Below are positions 11,471-21,759 of a stretch of 64,000 nt of DNA, in pieces. The DNA is taken from NCBI GenBank assembly GCA_004764695.1, contig SMSO01000031.1, forward strand, positions 1,650,436 to 1,714,435. Reading direction: 5' to 3'. The notes beneath the pieces are model-generated. The model did no database searches, was not told the DNA's origin, and saw only the letters and a program-made list of their open reading frames with translations. The DNA comes from Schizochytrium sp. TIO01 (taxonomy: Eukaryota > Protista > Bigyra: Labyrinthulomycetes). Numbering within the stretch: the first letter of the stretch is position 1; each line of letters starts with the position of its first letter. Both the position numbers and the translations under genes were made by a program.

Positions 11471-14400
11471 ATGCTCCTCCGCCTTCCTCTGCGAAAAGTC
11501 AACTCAAAAGTGGAGACGATGTTAAAACAAGATGGTCATCTGATTGAGGAACAAATCTTACAGTATGCAAAACAGCATAATTCCACAGCCTCATCTGCTG
11601 ATTACAATGGCATGGATGATTTACAGGCAAACGTATTTCGTCCGAGACGCTTCAAACAAAGACTCTCACAATCCAATCGTTCATCTCAGAGTCATCGTTT
11701 GGGGGGAAGAAGAAATCCACACACCTCAAAAGAGTCATGTTTTCGTTGTGGACTCTGGAATCACTCAGCCGAAAATTGCAAATACACTACTATGAAATGT
11801 TCGATTTGCAACGAGACTGGACATAAGAATACTAAATGTCCGCAAAGGAACAAATCACTGCATAAGGAATCTAGAGAACATGCCAAGAAAAGGAAACGAT
11901 ATCAAGCAAAGAATCACAACAAGGCACTTAATGTAACCTTAGGACATGATTCATATGATTCAGATGACGAATCATGTATCTCTATGAACCTAGCAGGAGC
12001 ATTGCGAGTATGTAGAGTCAACACAGATCCGACAAAACCGAATCAAAAGTCAGAAGGGATCATAATGGACTCAGGATGCAACCTACATGTAACACCACAT
12101 CTAGAGTTACTTAAGAACTACAAGACTATTAACACCATGAGCATGAAAGACGCTCAAGGTGAATCTGTGCACATAGTAGGAAAGGGAACGCTAGAACTAC
12201 AGCTGAGGACTGACTCGAACAGAATCGTCCCAATGGCAATCACTGCGTACCATGCTCCAGATCTAGATCATACTCTAATATCGACAATGCGACTCACCAA
12301 ATGTGGTTACTCAGTTCATCATGAACAGAATCATCATTACATGAAAACTCCACATGGTGAAATAATTATCTTACAAAAACAGTCTAATTTACCGATGTTA
12401 GTTCCAGTAAGAGCACTGACAGCCACGGCTCTAGCGATTCGTGCTACAAAAGGACTGGACAAGACAAATAGAGATTGGCTGGAATTGCACTTAAAATTAG
12501 GACATGCATCAAAACAAAGAATGGCAAGTTCCTTAGGCATATCAGCATCTCACATCAATTACCGATGCATAGACTGTAAGATCGCGAATTTTGAACGACT
12601 ACCTGTGACGAAAGGACCCCACAAGCCATATGCTAATGCACCTAGGCAAGCAGCTACTGCTGATGTGATGGGACCATTTAATGTCCCCGGGTTACCACAG
12701 AGATTCAGATATGCAATCACTTATCGCGACCTATACTCAGATTTTGCGTATGTCTACTACATGAGATCGACAGAAGAAGTTGTTCTTACACTAGACAAAT
12801 TCCGCAAACAATGGTTGCAAGACACGAACAATCCTCATGTCACGATCCGCACTGACGGAGCAACATATTTTAAAGGAGGATCATTTGCATCACGGATTAA
12901 AGATCTCAAATGGACACATCAGTTCTCGGCACCACATTCACATGCAACTAATCCAGCTGAAGGAATCAATCGAGTACTCATGAATGGGCTTCGTTCACAT
13001 TTGAAAACTGCTTCACTAGGAAGAAAGTACTGGTCATTTGCCTTATCCCACACTGTGCATATAAGGAACCGTACGGCTTCCAGTCGGAATGTATTATCTC
13101 CATATGAACGACATTTTGGGGTAGCACCGGACAATAGCAAGTTTCACATTTTCGGAGCACCATGTGTATACAAGAAATTCCCAGTTCCGCCCAAACTTGA
13201 TGATAGAGGCGACATAGGATATTTCCTAGGATATGCAAGAAATTATACTCATGGAACTTACCATGTACTTACTAAAAAGGGTAAAATTATACAGTCCCGA
13301 GAAGTCATCGTATATGACGATGCAATTACTGAAAATGTTCGCAACAGAATTGAAACTCCAGATTTAGACATTAGAACTGACGAAATTCAGCACTGGGCTT
13401 ATGAAGATGCAAATAAACAGATTGAAGGGGAGAATTTCCAGGTAACACCTGAAGCAACTCCGAAGACTCGACCACTGGTCGACAGTCAACTCCAGATAGT
13501 GACACCACGACCCATTTCGAATAATTCTCCACAAGGCAGCAGAAATAAGACTAATTCTCCACAAGGCAGCAATGGTAAAGATCATTCGATGGCCGATGAA
13601 ATACCGCAAGACGGTGCACGGCAGGCGTCTGATAAGACATCGCAAGACGATGTACAGACAGTGACTGATAAGACTTCACAAGATGATGCGCAGCACGAGC
13701 CTAGAATACAAATTTCTCCGAGATCACTACAACAGTCAATTAGAACTGACCCTCTTGCTGTAGGAGGCACCACAAGGGAAGCCAAAGATGCTTTCGGTGT
13801 AGAAAGTCTCGCTGTAGGAGGCACCACAAGGGAAGCCAAAGATGCTTTCGGTGTAGAACATTTTGCTGTAGGAGGCACCACAAGGGAAGTCAAAGATACT
13901 TTCGGTGTACGCACCACAAGGGAAGCTAATGATGCTTTCGGTGAACTCACCACAAGGGAAGCTAATGATGCTTTCGGTGATAGAAGAAACAATGTTTTTA
14001 AAGACAATACTACAGACATTCGAATGGAAGATCACAATGATTCACACAGTGAACCTGAAAGTGGTGAAGATCACATACTGGATAATCACAATGACTCACA
14101 AAGTGACAGTGATACAGCCCAAGATTTGGCTAATAATTCTCAACATTCTCGTGATGACAGGCGTAGATCAAAAAGGGTCCGCAAACAAGTCGTCCCTCTA
14201 AATGTTGACTACAGTGCGAAAGGCGCTGCTAGTAAACACCGATATTATGCTCAAAGTTTAAAACGATCCCGAATGGAGGGGAAGAATGATAATAACTTGG
14301 CAGATTCGAAATCGGTTACACTTAAACAGAAAGAGAAGGTTTTTCTTGATAAGCAACTCTCCGCTCTACTTATAAAGATAGACACATCGAGAGTAGGAAG

Positions 14401-16018
14401 TAAGACTCACAAAATCCCAGTCCCGAAAATGAAGACATGTCCCTACGACGACATAGAAGCACCGGCAACGTATAAGGCAATGAGACAACTACCAAGGGCT
14501 ATACAATTATTATGGATTGAAGCAATGAATGGTGAATGTAGAAATCTTGCACGTGCCGGAGTGCTGGAACGCGTACATCTGGACACAGTACCAGAAGGAC
14601 TATCTCCTATGGGAACAAGATGGGTATTTACAAAGAAGCCGTCACCATCGAACATATTAAAAGCTAGAGTTGTAGTTCAAGGCTATGACGAGAAAGTTGA
14701 AAATATATACGATATCTACTCGCCAACTGTTAATGTAGTAAGCATTCGTGTAGCAACGATTATTGCACTTACAAAAGGATATGATGCAATCACAGTTGAC
14801 GTAACAGCTGCGTTTCTGGAAGCACACATACCAGATGATGAATTTTTGTACATTCGTGGCATAGAAGGGGTCGAACTGAAAGAAGGCTATTGTTTCAGAC
14901 TTCGCAAGAGTCTTTATGGTCTCAAAAGTGCACCTCGCCGATGGATGGATCATCTGACTGCGGTTCTAGAAAACTATGGACTGAAACGATCTATAACTGA
15001 TGCATCACTCTTTATAGGTGAAGACTTACTCATGACTATTCATGTCGATGACATGCGAATCTTTGGAACACCCTCAGCAATTAATTCTATAGTTGAGGAA
15101 CTACAGGCAAATGTAGGCATTAAAGTGAACCGAGACCAGAAGTGTCATTATCTTAGTGATACACATGTATACATGAAATCACGAAAGACTTGTACTATCA
15201 GTCAAAGAGAGTACTGTAAAAAGGCTCTTAGACGCTGTAAGATGGATCAATGTAATCCAGTCAAAACTCCGTCCATTCTCAAAGAGTTGAGTGTACATAC
15301 TGAAGATTCAGTGAATGAGAATTATCGTCCTCTGGTAGGAACACTTATGTACCTGCACAAAACTCGTCCTGATATGGCCTACACGCTGCACCAGCTAGCA
15401 AGTCATGGACAAAAGAATGGTAAAGAGCACATGACTGCACTTAAACATGCATTCCGTTATGTACAATACACAAAGGCACTGCCACTTACCCTAAAAGGTG
15501 TTAAGTCGGTGAAAGATCTGGAACTTCAGGTATACACTGATGCATCATTCAACAAGAAGAATGACAAGCTACGCCGTAGTGTTTCGGGATACGTTATAAT
15601 GTTAAATAACAGTGCTGTACTATGGAAGACAGCTAAACAGGCTACAGTAGCAAAGAGTGCATATGAGGCTGAACTAATAGCGGCAGTTGCAGGAGTTCTT
15701 TATGGGGAATTCATTAGACAATTGCTAGCTGATATGAGCATCCATATTGACGTAATACAGCTATTTGTTGACAATCAACCATTGGTCAAACGAGTTAAGA
15801 AAGAAGATGTCAATAGTGAGTCAGGATACCTGGCAGTACAACTTGCTGTACTAATTCACAGAAGACAAAATCAAACACTCAAAATTCATCATGTCAAAGG
15901 TACGGATAATATAGCTGATCTATTAACCAAACCACTTGCACTCCAATCACATTGGAAACATGCGAGTCGTATTCTCAATGCAATAGGACCTGCCAAGCAG
16001 TTTGCGGGGGTGTATTGA
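11471..16018 (+). CDS. Copia-1 polyprotein (zinc knuckles, protease, integrase, RT, RNase H); lacks capsid region
   Basis: Two CCHC knuckles, IMDSGC protease, HLKLGH..CIDC, DVMGP/RTDG/AEGINR integrase, KSLYGLK and IHVDD RT, YTDAS..IADLLTK RNase H; stop codon lies inside the 3' LTR. Confidence 0.93.
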   Translation: MLLRLPLRKVNSKVETMLKQDGHLIEEQILQYAKQHNSTASSADYNGMDDLQANVFRPRRFKQRLSQSNRSSQSHRLGGRRNPHTSKESCFRCGLWNHSAENCKYTTMKCSICNETGHKNTKCPQRNKSLHKESREHAKKRKRYQAKNHNKALNVTLGHDSYDSDDESCISMNLAGALRVCRVNTDPTKPNQKSEGIIMDSGCNLHVTPHLELLKNYKTINTMSMKDAQGESVHIVGKGTLELQLRTDSNRIVPMAITAYHAPDLDHTLISTMRLTKCGYSVHHEQNHHYMKTPHGEIIILQKQSNLPMLVPVRALTATALAIRATKGLDKTNRDWLELHLKLGHASKQRMASSLGISASHINYRCIDCKIANFERLPVTKGPHKPYANAPRQAATADVMGPFNVPGLPQRFRYAITYRDLYSDFAYVYYMRSTEEVVLTLDKFRKQWLQDTNNPHVTIRTDGATYFKGGSFASRIKDLKWTHQFSAPHSHATNPAEGINRVLMNGLRSHLKTASLGRKYWSFALSHTVHIRNRTASSRNVLSPYERHFGVAPDNSKFHIFGAPCVYKKFPVPPKLDDRGDIGYFLGYARNYTHGTYHVLTKKGKIIQSREVIVYDDAITENVRNRIETPDLDIRTDEIQHWAYEDANKQIEGENFQVTPEATPKTRPLVDSQLQIVTPRPISNNSPQGSRNKTNSPQGSNGKDHSMADEIPQDGARQASDKTSQDDVQTVTDKTSQDDAQHEPRIQISPRSLQQSIRTDPLAVGGTTREAKDAFGVESLAVGGTTREAKDAFGVEHFAVGGTTREVKDTFGVRTTREANDAFGELTTREANDAFGDRRNNVFKDNTTDIRMEDHNDSHSEPESGEDHILDNHNDSQSDSDTAQDLANNSQHSRDDRRRSKRVRKQVVPLNVDYSAKGAASKHRYYAQSLKRSRMEGKNDNNLADSKSVTLKQKEKVFLDKQLSALLIKIDTSRVGSKTHKIPVPKMKTCPYDDIEAPATYKAMRQLPRAIQLLWIEAMNGECRNLARAGVLERVHLDTVPEGLSPMGTRWVFTKKPSPSNILKARVVVQGYDEKVENIYDIYSPTVNVVSIRVATIIALTKGYDAITVDVTAAFLEAHIPDDEFLYIRGIEGVELKEGYCFRLRKSLYGLKSAPRRWMDHLTAVLENYGLKRSITDASLFIGEDLLMTIHVDDMRIFGTPSAINSIVEELQANVGIKVNRDQKCHYLSDTHVYMKSRKTCTISQREYCKKALRRCKMDQCNPVKTPSILKELSVHTEDSVNENYRPLVGTLMYLHKTRPDMAYTLHQLASHGQKNGKEHMTALKHAFRYVQYTKALPLTLKGVKSVKDLELQVYTDASFNKKNDKLRRSVSGYVIMLNNSAVLWKTAKQATVAKSAYEAELIAAVAGVLYGEFIRQLLADMSIHIDVIQLFVDNQPLVKRVKKEDVNSESGYLAVQLAVLIHRRQNQTLKIHHVKGTDNIADLLTKPLALQSHWKHASRILNAIGPAKQFAGVY
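13757..13981 (+). repeat. In-frame 54-bp/36-bp minisatellite in the integrase-RT linker
   Basis: AVGGTTREAKDAFGV-type unit x3, then TTREANDAFG x2. Confidence 0.9.
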
Positions 16019-19000
16019 AGTATAACAGCTAGGTGTGTACTCTGGTGTGTATGGGAACACCAAGTAGGATGTACATAAGCCAAAACCCTAAACCTAAGAC
16101 AATGAAGACCTTGTCAGCAGTTCCTGAATGTTAATGCTAACTATTCTTTTCCTTCATCTCTCTACCTACGCTATCTCTTGGTGATCGCCTCACGCTAACT
16201 TGCAATAGTACCTCTTGGCATGAAGACACCGTATTCGCTTGGATTGCTTGTTCTCATCTTATGGTCATTAACTACATGATCAACAATTACATCACAAATT
16301 GTATGCAAGGTGTTGCTCATGCATAATGAATGCTTGATTTAGTTTGTTTGAGCATGGTAATACGGAATGTACAAGAACAAAAACGTCCACTAGCGTGTGA
16401 TCGATTATATTATTGCTTTGCTTCAAGCTTGGAAAGTAATGAACATTCAGATAGTCTAGATTTATTGCTGGAATTAAATGAAGCACCGTCCCTCAGTGGT
16501 CCTTTTATATGATTCTTGCAAGAGCAAGACAAGTTTCATTTGCTTCTCGTAAAGGACTGAAATATATTCGCAAACGTTGGCATTCACTGTGTGAGATCTT
16601 TTGGCCTTTGTACTTCATCCCACTTGCCATAACAATTTAACTCCTTATAGATATGTAAAACATTTCTTTACCACTAAACTAATCTACAAGACATGTTTTA
16701 CTTTTCTCTATCAGTAAGAGTACTGATAAGTATGGAATGGATGCAGTTTAAAAGTAGTACAAGGTATGATCTGTCTTTGTCAAAACAAACAAAACACAAA
16801 TAACTCATTTTTAAATTTTAAATTAGACTTTTTGTTTTAAAAGGTTGAATCTTTTAAATCTAAATAAAAGTTAAACTAAACTAAAACAAAACAATTCTAT
16901 TTTTATATTCTAATTTAAAACAATTCTATTTTAATCTTCAAAAGTTAAACGGAGTAAACATATTTGTAAATTTGAAATTGACAGAAGTTATTGATGTAGC
17001 CAGAATGAAATCTTTGAGAGACTTAACGAGTCTTAACGAGTATGCTGCTTCAGATCAAGGGTTGCACAATAGTATAGGCGCCACTGCTTAGACAGGTGAC
17101 AACCCGACTTGCTGTTTAGAAGCTCAATCCAAATGAATCATTATTGTGTGAACTTTCCGAAACCAATATTGTAAACTCGTTAAGCATTTTCAAATTGGTC
17201 ATAAAGCTGTTCAACGTTGTTTGCTGCATCAAGGTTTTCTACGAATCACGTTTGTCTTTAAAACTTTCATGCTCAGAGCACTCTGCAGTATGGTGATGAT
17301 GTAAATTTGTTCGACGGGACGGCTCTGTTGAACAAAGAAATTATCAAAATTGTGTTTCCTTAGAGAGTAGACCTTTTGCATGACCTCATCTATTTAAAAA
17401 AACATCATCGGGGCCCTTTCGCGAATGTTTTGGGCAGCTGCAACAAAGTCAAGCTTTCGTTTTGCTTAGTCTCGTTTAAAAGGTTTTAAAAAAGGTTGTT
17501 TTTGTTGGAGGCAAACTCAGGTAAAAAACACTAAAATATTGTACGTTCGATGAAGGCAAGTAATACAAATTTCCATAAGACTCTGAATCAACAATCATGT
17601 ACTATATACGAATGCTTCCCAGTGTAATAGCAGAACTTAACAGCATGCCTGTATGGATTAGAATATTTATTAAAAACGATATCATGGAGCTTGGTGGAAA
17701 CGACAGAACACTACAAAATATTTCTAAATAGATTCACGGACGTTCGAAATACGATATGTTGCAGCTTTTTCGAAGCAAGTTCTTTGGCAACCGGAAATAC
17801 TAGTCAAATGTGTGGTAAGTACGCTTCGTGCCTGCACATCAAATTACTTCAATAGCATCGACATAGAAAACCTGATTTGAAGGGGAAACAGTGCAATAAG
17901 GAATTGTACAAAGAATCGCGAATTGAGGAGAACTACCACTTATTTTGTGACTACCCTTTCATGGTTAAAAAAGGTCATTTGTTAATTTGGAGATGCCGCA
18001 AAGAGGAACTCAAAAAGGATTTCTTATTTCAAAAACGCATTTCGCGAGAGCACCCCCTAAAATATAAAGAAGCAGCTATCGAACGATTTGCAACTTAATC
18101 TTTGACAGTGATGTGTTGGGGAGAAAGTTGTGTGCAAAGGCCCAGTGAAGGAATCGCAGGCACTCATTTATTCGTCGCAATTGATGTGTTTCAAAATACT
18201 TCAAAATTTGCAGTCATCGTACAGATTCGAAAGGAAAGAAGAAACTTTCTCTCCGGTTCAGTGGAAGATGCTGTGCGGTCAAAACATGCAATATTTTGCT
18301 TTGACGGTAGTGTAGGTAAACTTGTTGCTGGGCAATCATTGTTCTCAACAGTAGAATCGCAAGTTCTAATTTATACGCTAAGGTTCTGTTAGTCCTAGTT
18401 AGACAAATCTTCAAATAAAGTTCTAGATAGATTAAACTCTAGTCTGTATTTCCATTCCTATAATAAAGTGCGGGAAGATCAAAAGGAAAAGCATCAGAAC
18501 TTGAATCAAATCATAGAGGACTGCTCTAGGCGCCCCGGCCGTGAGCAGGTAGAGCATAGTGGGTGGTTCGCTTGGCCTTAGCAAAGATGCTGGGTTGACT
18601 ACCTGCGCTTGTAGGTTGCTTCCGGTTCCTTCTGCTTTGCCTCCAAACGAACGAAGCTGTGAGATGAGATCACATCAACCTTGGCTCTGCGAGACTTGGA
18701 CGAGGCTCGAGCTCCTGCCAGCACCGCTGCTTTGGCAAGATGGGTCTCTGTCTCCGCCAGCGAGCACAGAGTTAAGTGAGAACCTTTGTTTCTAAATTAT
18801 AGAAGGTGTTTTTTATGCCTCAGAAAGGTCTGTGAAACAAGTGAGGTCTTGTTGGAGAATCAGCTGTCCACCTGAAAGGAGGTCTGCCACCAAGCCTAAA
18901 CCATGGCCTCTGGAGAAAGAAATCAATGCTGGGTCATAAGCCTGGTCATTCTCACTATGCGGCTATTTTGCTCGTTGGTATGTTTTTGTAAATTCGCCGC

Positions 19001-20190
19001 TGACTAGAGTAATGAACAATTATTCATAAACACGAGCGACTTCACGGGTCGCAAAAATATTCAAAGTGATCTGCACATTTTGGCCAGGACAATAGCATTG
19101 CGAGACTTTTTGAAAAAAAGATTTTTTTAATATGGTTCCTCTACAGTGTAGAACCTTTTACGACACAAGCAATTACCGCGGTGACCATTGCAAATGTTAA
19201 AAGTGGCCATGAACTTCGCAGTGCATTTAATTGGTCCACATGTAGATGTCATTTTCCCGTATTGTTGTTCGCACTGAGCTGTGCACGAAAAGCAGTCAAC
19301 TGTACATTGGAATTATACTGTTGCAACAATAACAACGTTCTGTTGAATTTTATGCTAGCTAAGTTATGGCTTTGGTTTATTGGTCTAATGAATATGTTCC
19401 TTGTAGTAGGTATTTGCCGAAGTACCAATACCAACTTAGTTTAGGAAAAACGAAAAATAAAACGTCGTACATCACCAGATGGCCAAAGTTTCTCCTCTAA
19501 AAATCTAGATCAATTCAGGTCGCTGGATCATTGAAATCAAAATTCTTGGTACCTGACTTTGTTTCGAAAAATAGTAAATTAAACACGGCTGTCTTCAGGG
19601 AAGCTACTGAAAATTTTATTTCCTTAAATCTGCTGCTGAAGGGTATCTTTAATATATACGACTTTTGTGCTGTTGCCTTAAGCTTGTCACCCAGGCAAAG
19701 GGAGAAGAGAAAAAGTGCAGCCTCGGGCAAGCGAATGGAGTATCAAATAAACATATATCTCGATTGATTGCGGCGACGAGAATGATATTTGAAAAGCAAG
19801 TACGACCTTTTCTGTGGAACCTCTATTTATTCTACCGAGATCTTAAATTTGTTCCTTTCATTTGTTTCTGCAAGCGTACTTTCCAGAGAATGCAGTTACT
19901 GACCATGGCTTTCCTAAGTAGATCACCGATTGATGCAAAGTAATTTCGATTCTTTATCTCTTTGTGCCTAACTTTTAATGCATTGCAAAAAATAGGATAC
20001 ATCAATTTTCAGATTCCCTATCAATTTTTTTAATTTGGGAATGTTGATAGTAAGCCAACGTCACCAGTACGTATGTCAAAAATGAACAGATTAACCCCGC
20101 TTTGTGTGGAGAACTGATATCATTGCTCAATTATTAGCGATTCATATCAAAGTACCAAAAATGAGTGGTTTGGGAAAAAATTGCAAAAAG

Positions 20191-20309
20191 AACATTCAAC
20201 ACCGGGGCTTCGCATGCAGTCCCCTATCATACTACTGACCCGGCCCTACGCGACTTTACTTCTCAGTGCGAATGAGATGAGGTGTTACCCGCGTGGTATG
20301 ATCGAATGT
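20191..20309 (-). rRNA. 5S rRNA
   Basis: 119 nt ACATTCGATCATACC...AGTAGTATGATAGGGGACTGCATGCGAAG...GAATGTT with paired ends and T-run terminator; matching copy at 39624-39742. Confidence 0.95.
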
Positions 20310-20331
20310 GAACTGATAAGTCGAACTCTAG

Positions 20332-20342
20332 CATTTATACTC
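20332..20342 (-). promoter_or_regulatory. TATA-like upstream element of 5S (GAGTATAAATG)
   Basis: Same 11-mer at the same -23 to -33 offset in both 5S copies while surrounding flanks differ. Confidence 0.65.
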
Positions 20343-21565
20343 CAGACCTCTATTTCATTCTATAAAAAGTAACAACGCAGAAAGTAGCTTTCCTTCGAGT
20401 CTCTCTGGCCTGCCATGAAGACAAAAGCCTCCTTGCAGGCTTTCTGTTACAGAGTGCTTTATTTGCCTTTGTTGAAATACAAGCTGATGCCGAGCAACAG
20501 TAAAGTTTGTGAGAAGGAAAACTGACGCCATGACTTCGCATGGCTCAAAGGAACACCTTCATGACCAGATCATGTTGAAGCGTCAGTCAACATAGTGGTG
20601 AGGGAGGGAAGGGCGCAAAGCAAGCCTCAAAATGAGTTTGCAGGGCAATTCGACAAGATTAGTAAAGCTGTAGGTCCTCTACCCTCCTGGTTGAGTTGAA
20701 ACACACGCATTTCGAGCATTCGATTATTTATTCTGTGCATATTACAAATCGTGTGCATAGTCAAGAAATGCTTCATATTTCTTTCCCTAGCACGAAGTTA
20801 TCCGCCATGATTGAGAATTCTAAAGCTGTCTTGCATAGGTTAATGGTTATAAGTAGTTGCTTTAGTCTAGTTTGCACAGTTTTAAATAAATACATTTAGA
20901 AAAAAAATGAATATTTACAATGTTCTTTAGTTGTGGTGTTCCGCATTATTGAGTTAATGCAGGTCAGAAAAAAATAAAAAATAAAAAATAAAAAAAAAAT
21001 TGAAACTGGTATACTTGTTGTTTCTTGCATGGTTTGCCGTTCTGTGGTAGAAGGAAAGGTCACACTTGTTAACTTCAATATGTTCCTTTGCGTGTCCGAA
21101 TCTCACCGATATAGTTCGACTCTCTCCTTCTGAAGATTCTTCCTTTCACAGATGCAAGATGTTCTACGTTCAGGATTAAGCTTGCATTTGTGTATTTCCT
21201 AGGAAACATCAAAGAGATAATTCCCCAAGCTGGAGACAAGAAAGAAAGTTACTGGGCGCTACTATTCCTAATGAGTTAATAATATCTCGTGTTACAAAGT
21301 TTACTATAACGAGAAGTGCGTATAAAAGCAAATGAAGAGACTAGCCAAGCACGGTTGTGCGCATTCTGTTTGGCTGTGTACTCACATGTGTCTCAACTGC
21401 TTTGAAACTGACTCGAACAGAATCCTTAATGTGTGTTTGTAGAACAAAACAATCTTCAGTGGGACACCATCACAGAGATCTCGTGGGAGAAGTAGACCGC
21501 TTAACACTTTCGTTGACACTCTCAGCACATGTTGCTTAAATATGTATGTTTCCCTCTTAGAGGTA

Positions 21566-21685
21566 TATTGCAAGTTAGCGTGAGGCGATCACCAAGAGAT
21601 AGTGTAGGTAGAGAAATGAAGGAAAAGAAAAGTTAGAATTAATATTCAGGAACTGCTGACAAGGCCCATTGTCAAAGTCTATGGG
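21566..21685 (-). mobile_element. Partial LTR of the Copia-1 family
   Basis: TATTGCAAGTTAGCGTGAGGCGATCACCAAGAGATAG...GGAACTGCTGACAAGG is the reverse complement of the LTR 3' part. Confidence 0.88.
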
Positions 21686-21759
21686 CAGAGAGCAGTTGCT
21701 TTTTTGCATTCTAGTCAACGGCGCTTAAGCAAAAGATAATCATTTAAAATTCGATTAGT

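Larger units (their letters stand above)
11003..16207 (+). mobile_element. Ty1/Copia LTR retrotransposon (Copia-1), gag partly deleted
   Basis: 195-bp LTRs 11003-11197 and 16013-16207 (no difference seen), 5-bp TSD GTACC, PBS GGTTATGGGCCCA, G-rich PPT, PR-IN-RT-RH order. Confidence 0.97.

Noticed and set aside
17000-19950. Short ORFs as genes or transposon remnants
   Set aside because: No recognisable motifs or consistent splice model; cannot be supported without a homology search
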